Shown here: in pieces, positions 24,372 through 32,000 of the stretch | Layout of the letters: the number at the start of each line of letters is the position of its first letter | Numbering within the stretch: position 1 is the first letter of the stretch | Program-made: the position numbers and the translations under genes | Notes under the pieces: model-generated | The model's database searches: none | Seen by the model: the letters and a program-made list of their open reading frames with translations, nothing else | What the model was told of the DNA's origin: nothing | Assembly: GCF_016806735.1 (NCBI RefSeq) | Contig: NZ_CP060530.1 | Coordinates: 450,001 to 482,000 of the forward strand | Source: Candidatus Micrarchaeum sp. | GTDB taxonomy: Archaea; Micrarchaeota; Micrarchaeia; Micrarchaeales; Micrarchaeaceae | DNA: 32,000 nucleotides | Direction: 5' to 3'

Positions 24372-24383
24372 ATATAAAAATTT
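24372..24383 (+). promoter_or_regulatory. TATA-like box ATATAAAAATTT about 28 nt upstream of the tnpB ATG
   Basis: Position and composition only. Confidence 0.4.
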
Positions 24384-24404
24384 ATGAGCATATAGATAAA
24401 ATAG

Positions 24405-25646
24405 ATGGCAGATATGGAACTGACAAGAGCTTATAAATTCAGGATTTATCCTGATGCAAAACGACAGTCAGAGATAGAATTGCAACTCACACTTTCAAAA
24501 GAATTCTACAACCTGCTTCTCGAAAAGTCAATAAAATCATACAGGGAAGGAAACAAGAAACTTTCAATGGCGCATCTGAATAAGTTTGCAAAAGAGATAG
24601 AAAATGATAAGAGATTTCTGCAGATATACTCTCAGACAAGATGCGAAATAAAATATCGTGTGCTGAAGGCGTACCAAAACTTCTTCAGAAGGGTAAATGA
24701 AAAGAAATCAGGCAAAAGGATAAAAGTTGGTTTTCCTCGTTTCAAATCAAAAGACAGATATTGCAGCATAACCTACCCGCAGGACAACGGCTCATTCGCA
24801 ATTGTAAAGAAAAACAAAAAGCATATTTTGAGAGTATCTAGGATAGGCGGTATGCAGATAAAGTTGCATAGATCTATAGAAGGTAGGATAAAAACCCTTA
24901 CAATAAAGAAAAGAGGCGGAGAATATTTTGCAATATTTACCACAGTAAAGGAAGTAGAGCTTCCAAAGGTCGAAAACACAAACCCTGTAGGCATAGACAT
25001 GGGCCTCAATTCATTTATCGCGCTATCAGATGGAACAAAAATAGAGAAGCCTAAATTTGCAAAGAAAGCAGAGAAGCATATCGCAAGATGGCAGAGAATA
25101 ATCGCAAAAAGGCACAAAGGCTCAAAGAGGAGGGAAAAGGCAAAGTTGAATTTGCAAAGGAAATGGGAACACGTTGCAAACCAATCAAACGATTTCGCAC
25201 ATAAACTGTCAGATAAATTGGTAAATTCAGGATATACATCATTTGCAGTGGAAGACCTTCACATTCAGAATATGGTAAAGAACCACAATCTCGCACAGTC
25301 AATTTATAACGCTTCATGGAACAGATTTATCCAAATGCTCTCATACAAGGCTGAAAGTGCTGGTATGAAGGTAATAAAGGTGGTTGCAAGAAATACATCA
25401 AGGCAATGCAGTAATTGCGGCAACATTCAAGACATGCCATTATCCATCAGGGGATACAACTGCAACAGATGCGGCATGCAGATGGACAGAGATATAAATG
25501 CTGCAATAAACATATTCAACAGAGCTACCCTCGGACAGAGGGGAAGTCACGCTCAGGGAGAGAGTGTAAGACCTCAAAGGGGGGCAGTTCTCGAGGAACT
25601 GAGAACCGATAAAACACATCCTTTGCTGGATGCAGTGATTGCATGA
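24405..25646 (+). CDS. tnpB: TnpB (IS605 OrfB family RNA-guided endonuclease)
   Basis: AYKFRIYP start. The RuvC triad looks intact (D in VGIDMGLNS, E in FAVEDLHIQNM, D in MDRDINAAINI). Zinc finger CSNCG-x17-CNRCG is present. Confidence 0.9.
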   Translation: MADMELTRAYKFRIYPDAKRQSEIELQLTLSKEFYNLLLEKSIKSYREGNKKLSMAHLNKFAKEIENDKRFLQIYSQTRCEIKYRVLKAYQNFFRRVNEKKSGKRIKVGFPRFKSKDRYCSITYPQDNGSFAIVKKNKKHILRVSRIGGMQIKLHRSIEGRIKTLTIKKRGGEYFAIFTTVKEVELPKVENTNPVGIDMGLNSFIALSDGTKIEKPKFAKKAEKHIARWQRIIAKRHKGSKRREKAKLNLQRKWEHVANQSNDFAHKLSDKLVNSGYTSFAVEDLHIQNMVKNHNLAQSIYNASWNRFIQMLSYKAESAGMKVIKVVARNTSRQCSNCGNIQDMPLSIRGYNCNRCGMQMDRDINAAINIFNRATLGQRGSHAQGESVRPQRGAVLEELRTDKTHPLLDAVIA

Positions 25647-25695
25647 CGCAGAGGAAGCCCACGCCGTTCACGGGTGGGAGGATGTCACAAGACTC
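25480..25695 (+). ncRNA. predicted omega/reRNA scaffold of TnpB (boundaries not determined)
   Basis: This is by analogy only. In characterised TnpB systems the guide RNA is transcribed from the tnpB 3' end through the right end. Only the hairpin at 25658-25678 is seen directly. Confidence 0.3.
25658..25678 (+). repeat. right-end hairpin CCCAC-G-CCG-TTCA-CGG-GTGGG
   Basis: 8 bp with one bulge and a tetraloop, 12 nt after the tnpB stop. Confidence 0.6.
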
Positions 25696-25699
25696 ATGA

Positions 25700-26722
25700 A
25701 TGGTGAACTCTACGAATTCCAAACGGGAACCTAAATCGAAGACGCTTAGCCTTGTGCGGAACTGGCTTCCCGTTCCGAAAAGCACAAGATTCAGCAGAAT
25801 GGACAAGGGATATGCGTCCTCAAACTGGATATTTAGCTACAACAACGGCAGATACATCTTGAAGCGTTTCATGGATTGGAAGAAGAGGAGCGACATAGAA
25901 AAGGAGTATGAGCTTACAAACTATGTCAGGAAATCAGGCTTCCCATACGAAGTGCCTGAAATGCTTCCGGTAAAGAATGGCAAGCCTTACATAGAAAACG
26001 AGGGCGCGCTTTATTCAATGTACCGCTTCATACTTGGCAATGCGGACCTTCCGATAACAAAGAAGGATGCCTACGAAATTGGCTCTATGGACGCGCAGCT
26101 TCATAACATATTTGAAAAGAAAAGGTTCGAATCAAGCCGCAGAGAAGGCTATCAGGCATTGGAAAACATAAAGGCAAGGCTTCACGATACTTACGAAAAG
26201 GCTTTGCACAAGACTGGCAAAGAGGACAAGGCTTTCATGGCTGCATAAAAGTTTTTTGCTCCTTTGCTAAACGGCATGGATCTTTCCTACTATGAAACTC
26301 TCAAGTCCTATCCCGTGCATTTTGACATAGCAGCGGACAACCTGCTCTGGAGGAATGGAAGAATATACGCGCTCATAGATTTTGCCAACATAGCAAACTA
26401 CCGAGATGCGCTGCTGATGGACCTTGCATGGGCCATACACTTCTGCGCAGTAAACAAGAAAACAAGGGCCTCATATAATAAAATCCTTTTAAAGGCGCTT
26501 ATAGACGGCTACACTGACAAAAGAAGCCTTTCAAAGGAAGACGCCCAGGCGCTGCCTTCTCTGTTGGCAATAACCAACGCTTCAGACACAGAGTTCTTCT
26601 ACAACTCAAGCCGCAAGACTCCGGATCAAAAGGAGCTAAAAATAAAAAGCCAGATAAAGCTTACGAAATGGGCGCTCAGAAACAAGGGCTACTTTTTAAA
26701 GATGAGCCTCTCGCATGGATAA
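25700..26722 (+). pseudogene. APH/homoserine-kinase-II/CotS-family phosphotransferase interrupted by one in-frame TAA (26246-26248)
   Basis: ORFs 25700-26248 and 26264-26722 share a frame (offset 564 = 3 x 188). The read-through is ...EDKAFMAA*KFFAPLLNGMDLSYYETLKSYPVHFDIAADNLLWRNGRIYALIDFANI, so the catalytic HxDxxxxN and IDF motifs lie in the second half and the nucleotide-binding lobe in the first. Confidence 0.7.
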
Positions 26723-27880
26723 CTTATCAAGCCTTATCAACTTCACTTCCTTTCTTGCCAAAACGAACAATATTATTATAATCGGGACTATGAATATCAT
26801 GACATTTCTGAATCCGATATAATCTATCAATACTCCAGCTGCCGTCGGGACGACTATGTTTATGAGCATAATTATAGCAAAGAAATAGCTGTTTGCCTTG
26901 TTCCTTTTGTTTATGTCGAAAGACCTGCCTATTGAAGATATGGATAACGGATACGTAAGCCCGTGCGGCACTCCGAGAATCATTATCCCTATTACGTAAA
27001 GCAAAGCGTCCCTGCTGAAAAATACTACAGATACGCCTATGGCTGTCATAAGCATTGAAAACTTTATATACTTCCATAAGTTTGACGGCACAAAATACGA
27101 TAACGCTAATCTTGATATGAACGATACCGCGAATAATGCGGAGAAAATCAGCATTATTACAGAGTACGGCATTTTGAAGGCCTGCTCTGCAAATATGCCG
27201 CTGAAAAATACTATCATTGAAAACGGCACGTTGTAGGTCAATATTGAGAATATTGCGACCTTGAAGCCGGGGTTGGCAAAAACCTTCACGTCTTTCGATT
27301 CTTCCGATTTGGCCTCTGGGAATTTCATGAAAGGCGACAGCACTACGGCAATGACGCTTATTAAGGCAAAGAGCAGGAATCCGTATTTTAACGGAAAGTA
27401 GTCAAGCACCAATCCTTCCAAAGTGGGTCCGACAATAAGGCTTGCACTCAATGCCAATGTGTATATGCCCATCATCCTTTCTCTTACCTTTCTGTCTGGA
27501 TAATCTCCCGCGGATGTTATTATGTTCGGCATTATTATCCCGGCTGAAAAGCTTACGAACAGCACGTAAAGCCATACCGAGAAAGCAGTCGAATACATTA
27601 TCAACAGCAAAGAGACTGTTATAAGCACATTTGCGAAAATAAACAGGCGCCTGCGCGACCTGGCGCATAGCCTGCTGTTTATGAAGAATGTCGTCAAAAA
27701 CATTACAAGCGAGGAAAATCCGGCAATCAGTCCTACATCAGTCCCGTTGAAATGAAAATATCTTTCAACGAAAAGCGGTATGGTAGTCATGAACGCGTTG
27801 TTTGAGGACCTTACCGCAAAAGTGAACGCTACAAGTATAAGTATCGAATAAATGATATTCAAATTTCTGCTTTTTGACAT
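26696..27880 (-). CDS. MFS transporter
   Basis: 394 aa with about 12 TM helices and a basic loop after TM2 (SRLCARSRRRL). Its 3' end overlaps the kinase gene convergently by 27 nt. Confidence 0.8.
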   Translation of the reverse strand: MSKSRNLNIIYSILILVAFTFAVRSSNNAFMTTIPLFVERYFHFNGTDVGLIAGFSSLVMFLTTFFINSRLCARSRRRLFIFANVLITVSLLLIMYSTAFSVWLYVLFVSFSAGIIMPNIITSAGDYPDRKVRERMMGIYTLALSASLIVGPTLEGLVLDYFPLKYGFLLFALISVIAVVLSPFMKFPEAKSEESKDVKVFANPGFKVAIFSILTYNVPFSMIVFFSGIFAEQAFKMPYSVIMLIFSALFAVSFISRLALSYFVPSNLWKYIKFSMLMTAIGVSVVFFSRDALLYVIGIMILGVPHGLTYPLSISSIGRSFDINKRNKANSYFFAIIMLINIVVPTAAGVLIDYIGFRNVMIFIVPIIIILFVLARKEVKLIRLDKLSMREAHL

Positions 27881-27925
27881 TGAGTTTGCCCGCTTGCCTT
27901 TTTGCTTTCAACAGCTAAAAGGCTT

Positions 27926-28711
27926 TCAGAATACGCCGCTTTCATGAATTCTTTTTTCCACGAAATCGCTTACATAGAGAAAATCCTCAAGCTTGTGCTG
28001 CACCATGGGCTTTAGGCTTTTCCAAGTCCTTTCTATGCTCCCAATAGCTTTGCCAAATTCTTCAATGCTTGGCTTTATATTCGCTTCAGAGAGCTTTTTA
28101 TGGATTAAATCCTTGTCGATGCGTGTATTCTTTCCTACAAAGAAATAAAGATCGTATAAATCGCGTTCCCTATGCTTGCGTTTTAGCGACATGAGCGCGC
28201 GAATTTTCTCAGCAAGTATCTCCTCCCGTTTCATTACCAGTGCGACATAAGGCCTTGCATCTGCATAAGCCGGGTTTCTTGGCATTGCTTCACTGCCTAG
28301 GTAAAGCTTTTTTGCTGTCGCAACCTTGAAGCGTATCTGCTGTGCTGTGCTCGCTTTTCCATTGAACTTGGGCCCCTCAACTAATATTATGGAAGCAACA
28401 GTCCCAAAATCATTAACATGCGGCTCCTCTTTATAGCTGTGCGTGTACTCAAGCCTTTCTATTGCATCCCTTATTGTTGACTTGGCGAATTCTTCTTGCT
28501 TTTCTACCTTTTCAGAAAGCGTAAAATCTAGGTCTTCAGAGAACCTGTCCGAGTTGTAGAATTTTGCAAAGGCTGTGCCTCCCTTGAGCACCATCTCATT
28601 CGAGGAATTTGCATATATGTTGTAGAGAAGCAGATCCTGAAGGTAGTCCTTTTCGACTTGGTAAGGGTCATTGTATGTCTTGTACTCTGCTAAGGCATCT
28701 TTGGTAATCAT
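27926..28711 (-). CDS. abiEii: AbiEii/DUF1814-type nucleotidyltransferase toxin, copy 2
   Basis: VLKGGTAFAKFYNSDRFSEDLDFTL and AEKIRALMSLKRKHRERDLYDLYFFV. It is a distant paralogue of copy 1. A 4-nt overlap links it to the upstream gene. Confidence 0.85.
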   Translation of the reverse strand: MITKDALAEYKTYNDPYQVEKDYLQDLLLYNIYANSSNEMVLKGGTAFAKFYNSDRFSEDLDFTLSEKVEKQEEFAKSTIRDAIERLEYTHSYKEEPHVNDFGTVASIILVEGPKFNGKASTAQQIRFKVATAKKLYLGSEAMPRNPAYADARPYVALVMKREEILAEKIRALMSLKRKHRERDLYDLYFFVGKNTRIDKDLIHKKLSEANIKPSIEEFGKAIGSIERTWKSLKPMVQHKLEDFLYVSDFVEKRIHESGVF

Positions 28712-29286
28712 TGGATCCTCTCTTCAATCTTTTCAAGAAGCTTTTCTATGCGCTTCGCAAGGTTCCTTCTTCCTGCAAGCTTGGCAAAACCAACAAGCTT
28801 TTCCCTGCTTATCGCCCCGCTTTCCATTGCCTCCTCGGCATATTCCTCGAATCTTCCGAGGTAAAGCATGTCTACAATGGCCTTTTCGGGCTCAGCCATC
28901 ATTGCGCCGTCAATCTTCTTATAGCCGTACATCAGCGAAGGCTTTACCTTCACGAATTCGATTCTTGTACCATCAATGCTTATGCTGCTGTGGCGCTTGC
29001 TTGAAAGCACATATATAGTATTGGGAATCTGTTCTGTAATGTTGTGGAACCTTAAAGCAGATATTAAGCTAACATATGAAGGCTCCACTATGCTTGAAGC
29101 TATCTCGTAATTGCTCGCATCCGGAGTATAATAAACTCCGTTTGCGGCCCTTTTCACTATCCTGTCCCTTCTGAGAAATACGGTTGTATAATGCTTTGGC
29201 TTCCCTATGATCCTTGAAGCGTCCTCTAAAGAGAATACGCTTATGCCGTTCGTTTGCAGTATCCTATTGAATTCCTCTGTTTTCAT
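28708..29286 (-). CDS. abiEi: AbiEi-like antitoxin / regulator, copy 2
   Basis: MKTEEFNRILQTNGISVFSLEDASRIIGKPKHYTTVFLRRDRIVKRAANGVYY...EPSYVSLISALRFHNITEQ parallels copy 1. The ATG at 29284-29286 is preferred over the track start at 29331. Confidence 0.8.
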   Translation of the reverse strand: MKTEEFNRILQTNGISVFSLEDASRIIGKPKHYTTVFLRRDRIVKRAANGVYYTPDASNYEIASSIVEPSYVSLISALRFHNITEQIPNTIYVLSSKRHSSISIDGTRIEFVKVKPSLMYGYKKIDGAMMAEPEKAIVDMLYLGRFEEYAEEAMESGAISREKLVGFAKLAGRRNLAKRIEKLLEKIEERIQ

Positions 29287-29407
29287 GGCAATACATCTAA
29301 ACACATATATCAGGCATGTGCCGGCAAGCATATTTGCCTAATCATGGCACCAAGCACTACTACTAATACTAAATAACAGGTCAAATATTTATAAATGTTG
29401 CTTAAAT

Positions 29408-29425
29408 GTAATCAATTTTGATTAC
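29408..29425. promoter_or_regulatory. 18-nt palindrome GTAATCA-ATTT-TGATTAC upstream of the abiE copy 2 operon
   Basis: Read from the sequence. More short overlapping inverted repeats lie at 29300-29335 (AGGCA...TGCCT, TGCCGGCA), next to a TATA-like GATATATG box. Confidence 0.25.
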
Positions 29426-29514
29426 TTTTATGCATAATTTAAAAAATAAGCACTGTAGTGTTATTTCTTTCCTATGGGTAATAAATAAGCTATACTGTTA
29501 AGTGTATGCACATT

Positions 29515-30390
29515 TTATTTTGTGAAATAATCTATCGTTTTGGATATGCCTTCATCCAACCCTATTTTTGGTTTCCATCCTGGGAAAGAGTTTTCGCCAG
29601 ATACATCTGCTAACAGCTTGTTTATATCGCCTATTCTAGGTTTTCCCTGGAAGGAAAAAGTTACGTCTTTTATGCCTAAAAGTTCTGAAACCTTTTTGGA
29701 TAAATCTTTTATGCTTATAACCGAACCAGTTCCCAAGTTATAAGTACCAGACCTGCTACCAGAAGTAATTGCCATGTAAAAGGCGTTATTAACATCTCCT
29801 ATATAAATAAAATCTCTTTCCTCACTTCCAGTTCCCATCATAGGAACTGGGCGCTCTTCGAGCATAAGCTTTCTTATCGTATCTGGTATTACATAGGATC
29901 TATCGCAATACTCTCCATATACATTAAAAATCCTGAATATTGTATGGTTTTCTGGAGCATAATATTTCACTATGCTTTCATCAATAAGCTTGGTTAGCCC
30001 GTAAAGATTTATGGGCTTTGTTTTTGATTTTACTGGGGTAGGCATTACCTCTGCCTTGCCATAAACTGCCGCAGTAGAAGCAAATATTATTTTTGAACCA
30101 TACTCCTTTGCCAGTTTTGCAACATTATACGTGCCGTTGACATTAGTAGCAAAGCATGCATCGCAGTCTACTTCGCATTTCTGGGGATAAGCATTGGCGG
30201 CTAGGTGTATGACAAACTCCGGTTTTGATCTTTCGAAGGCCTCTTTCAAAGCAGAATAGTCTTTTATGTCTACCTTGTTGCTGCCTTCTTCCAATATATC
30301 TATTCCATAAACATTAACTTCTTTGCTCTTTAAATAGTGCACTACATTCGTTCCTATAAAACCTGCGGATCCAGTAACTAAAACACGCAT
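29515..30390 (-). CDS. NAD-dependent epimerase/dehydratase (extended SDR, UDP-sugar 4-epimerase-like)
   Basis: MRVLVTGSAGFIGTNVV (GxxGxxG), STAAVYG and the catalytic YGLTK (YxxxK). Confidence 0.85.
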   Translation of the reverse strand: MRVLVTGSAGFIGTNVVHYLKSKEVNVYGIDILEEGSNKVDIKDYSALKEAFERSKPEFVIHLAANAYPQKCEVDCDACFATNVNGTYNVAKLAKEYGSKIIFASTAAVYGKAEVMPTPVKSKTKPINLYGLTKLIDESIVKYYAPENHTIFRIFNVYGEYCDRSYVIPDTIRKLMLEERPVPMMGTGSEERDFIYIGDVNNAFYMAITSGSRSGTYNLGTGSVISIKDLSKKVSELLGIKDVTFSFQGKPRIGDINKLLADVSGENSFPGWKPKIGLDEGISKTIDYFTK

Positions 30391-31470
30391 TTATTCACTA
30401 TCTTTTATTATATCTAAAATCTTCTTTCCTGCAGCTTTGGAATCTATAAGTTTTACCAGCTTCATTTCATTCAACCTCATCTTTTCTGCTGCAGTTTTGT
30501 CAAGCATTAAGATTGACCTTTCAATGCTCGGAACAGAACTGCTTTCTGCAACAAAACCTATATTATTGTGCTTTACGAACGCGGCCGCATTATTCATTTC
30601 GCTTTTTACGGTCAATATTGGCAATTTAGCAGCCATGGCTTCTAATATAGTATTTGGCATTCCTTCTCTTTTGCTTGGAATTGCAAAGATGTCTGATTGT
30701 TTGAAAAACTTTATCTTATCTTTATCGCTTACCCTGCCCAATATCTTTATATAGCTGTGATTTTTTGCTGTGCGTTTTATTGTGTCTATCAAGGGCCCCT
30801 CGCCTGCTATTGTCAAAGAAAATTTCTCTTTAGAATTTTCATTTGCTGCTATTACTGCCTTTACTAAATTTGCAATATTTTTATGTTCTGCCAGCCTTCC
30901 AAGGTAAAATATTCTTTTATGGCCTTTCTTCTTATCAGTTTTATATTTTGCAGTGTCTATCGGGGTATAAAAAAGCTTAAAATTTCCATCTGGATTTACT
31001 GTTTTAAGTTTGTCAAGAATATAACTACTGACGCAAATGCCGTTCCTAAAACGCTTTATTGCCTTATTTAAAAGCATGTGTTTTAACCCGCTGGGCCAAT
31101 ACTCGCACCAGTCAATAATAACGTTATCGTATGGTTTAATATAAAGAAGGTGCATTACCGGCATTTGGTTTACTATTATCTTGTCATAAGAGTCGTGTAT
31201 GCGGTCAATTAAGTCTGCACATGCCACTGCATAATCGAATGTGTTTTTTATGCTCCTTTTTGTTCCGCTGGAATATCCTTTTATTGTAACATGCCTGTAA
31301 ATATCAAATTTCCCTGCTTTTTCCTGTTTAGGCAATTTTCCAGTATAATCTATAGTATATACATCAACATCTGCGCCCATACCGGTAAGCGCGTTTGCAA
31401 AGCTGTCGAAGCGGAATTCCTGGCCTCCAAGGTGCGGTGCAAAAAACTCTGTTATCAATGCAACTTTCAT
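30391..31470 (-). CDS. GT4-family glycosyltransferase (Glycos_transf_1 type)
   Basis: MKVALITEFFAPHLGGQE start and a C-terminal PSKREGMPNTILEAMAAKLPILT (E-x7-E region). It directly abuts the epimerase gene. Confidence 0.85.
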   Translation of the reverse strand: MKVALITEFFAPHLGGQEFRFDSFANALTGMGADVDVYTIDYTGKLPKQEKAGKFDIYRHVTIKGYSSGTKRSIKNTFDYAVACADLIDRIHDSYDKIIVNQMPVMHLLYIKPYDNVIIDWCEYWPSGLKHMLLNKAIKRFRNGICVSSYILDKLKTVNPDGNFKLFYTPIDTAKYKTDKKKGHKRIFYLGRLAEHKNIANLVKAVIAANENSKEKFSLTIAGEGPLIDTIKRTAKNHSYIKILGRVSDKDKIKFFKQSDIFAIPSKREGMPNTILEAMAAKLPILTVKSEMNNAAAFVKHNNIGFVAESSSVPSIERSILMLDKTAAEKMRLNEMKLVKLIDSKAAGKKILDIIKDSE

Positions 31471-31533
31471 ATTATCACAATATCATATGGATTATGTTTA
31501 GCACTAATTATCCCGAATTTAAAGTTAATTTGG

Positions 31534-32000
31534 TTACTGCTTATTTAATATCTTTCTTTTTTGCTCTTTCCATCCATAAATTCCTATCCCTATGGTAACG
31601 AACAGCGCAGCAAAGCTCACACCCCACGCAATCCACGCATCTGTCTGCAGGGTATAATACAAAGTAATAGTATAATTGCCAGTTTTGTTCATGTACCACG
31701 CATTGGCAAACCCATTGACTGCGATATGGTCGCGAGGATTAACTTCAGTTCCATTGGAATAAAATGCTGTCCAGTGTGGATCGTACGTCTCCCGAAAAAC
31801 CAGGTAGTAAGGAGTAGTAGCATTGGAAACATGAACAGTAACCTTCGTAGGCGTATTTTCAACAAAGCTGATGTTTGGCTTGGAAAAGTTCGCTATTTGA
31901 GTAGCGTTTATGGTATTGCTATCATTATAAAAACTAACAATTGAATTAGTAAATACTGAGTTATTTTTTATGTCAAATGAATAATTACCTAAAACTCTAA
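31534..32000 (-). CDS. C-terminal part of a large exported/membrane protein (gene starts beyond the right window edge)
   Basis: Not in the ORF track. My minus-strand translation is open from 32000 to the TAA at 31534-31536: ...NATTPYYLVFRETYDPHWTAFYSNGTEVNPRDHIAVNGFANAWYMNKTGNYTITLYYTLQTDAWIAWGVSFAALFVTIGIGIYGWKEQKRKILNKQ. This is a Y.P.W.A..nG......H..vNG.aNaW pattern like the C-termini of YfhO/GT-C-type proteins, followed by a TM anchor. Confidence 0.55.
   Translation of the reverse strand, partial: RVLGNYSFDIKNNSVFTNSIVSFYNDSNTINATQIANFSKPNISFVENTPTKVTVHVSNATTPYYLVFRETYDPHWTAFYSNGTEVNPRDHIAVNGFANAWYMNKTGNYTITLYYTLQTDAWIAWGVSFAALFVTIGIGIYGWKEQKRKILNKQ

Larger units (their letters stand above)
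24290..25695 (+). mobile_element. IS200/IS605-family element of the TnpB-only (IS1341-like) type; ends approximate
   Basis: It carries tnpB without a tnpA. Subterminal hairpins at 24323-24347 and 25658-25678 both use CCCAC/GTGGG stems. It is lower in GC than its flanks. The left edge is placed where the abiEii-remnant similarity stops. Confidence 0.7.

Noticed and set aside
26120-26140. AGGTTCGAATCA, a T-loop-like string that suggested a tRNA. I also scanned the intergenic regions generally for tRNA or rRNA.
   Set aside because: There are no flanking T-stem or acceptor pairings and the string lies inside the kinase ORF. I found no cloverleaf-compatible region or rRNA-like sequence anywhere by eye, though a proper tRNAscan or Infernal run is still advisable.
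26696-26722. The 27-nt convergent overlap of the kinase and MFS 3' ends as an antisense regulatory device.
   Set aside because: Short convergent overlaps are common in compact archaeal genomes. There is no additional structure to support regulation, and the kinase gene is probably defective anyway.
27896-27923. The hairpin GCCTTTT-N14-AAAAGGC between abiEii-2 and the MFS gene as a terminator.
   Set aside because: It has a long loop and no following T-tract on the transcribed (minus) strand, so the support is too weak to call.

Overview
This 32 kb window is archaeal. The evidence is a class III (type IV pilin-like) signal peptide, TATA-type boxes about 26-28 nt upstream of start codons, AGG/AGA/ATA-rich codon use, and very dense N-x-S/T sequons in exported proteins. 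It resembles a Thermoplasmata- or DPANN-like acidophile, but I cannot assign a taxon. All family calls rest on motifs I recognise by eye; no searches were run.

Gene content, left to right:
- A truncated 2-oxoacid:ferredoxin oxidoreductase gene (1-871, minus strand).
- A lower-GC surface-protein locus (995-5529, minus strand).
- A coxG plus coxM/S/L-type molybdenum hydroxylase cluster (6231-10147).
- A GT-C glycosyltransferase.
- A four-gene module: membrane-tethered wHTH protein, MacB-type ABC ATPase, COG1361-like surface protein and FtsX-like permease (12046-17425).
- Several ORFans, a Dol-P-sugar synthase-like GT2, a divergent pyrophosphatase and an NpdG-like reductase.
- An accessory island (22.6-29.3 kb) holding two AbiEi/AbiEii modules, an abiEii remnant, a TnpB-only IS200/IS605 element, an interrupted kinase gene and an MFS transporter.
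- A low-GC glycosylation cluster (29.5-32 kb).

I found no rRNA, tRNA or CRISPR array.

Main finding: the ORFs at 4312-5529 and 3160-3474 are one reading frame broken by a single TGA. Joined, they encode a roughly 789-codon protein: pilin-like N-terminus, a 109-residue pure Ser/Thr stalk, a Cys-rich module, then GGGGG|C and a C-terminal Hint (Hedgehog/intein-type) domain. Three paralogous membrane-anchored glycoproteins follow it.
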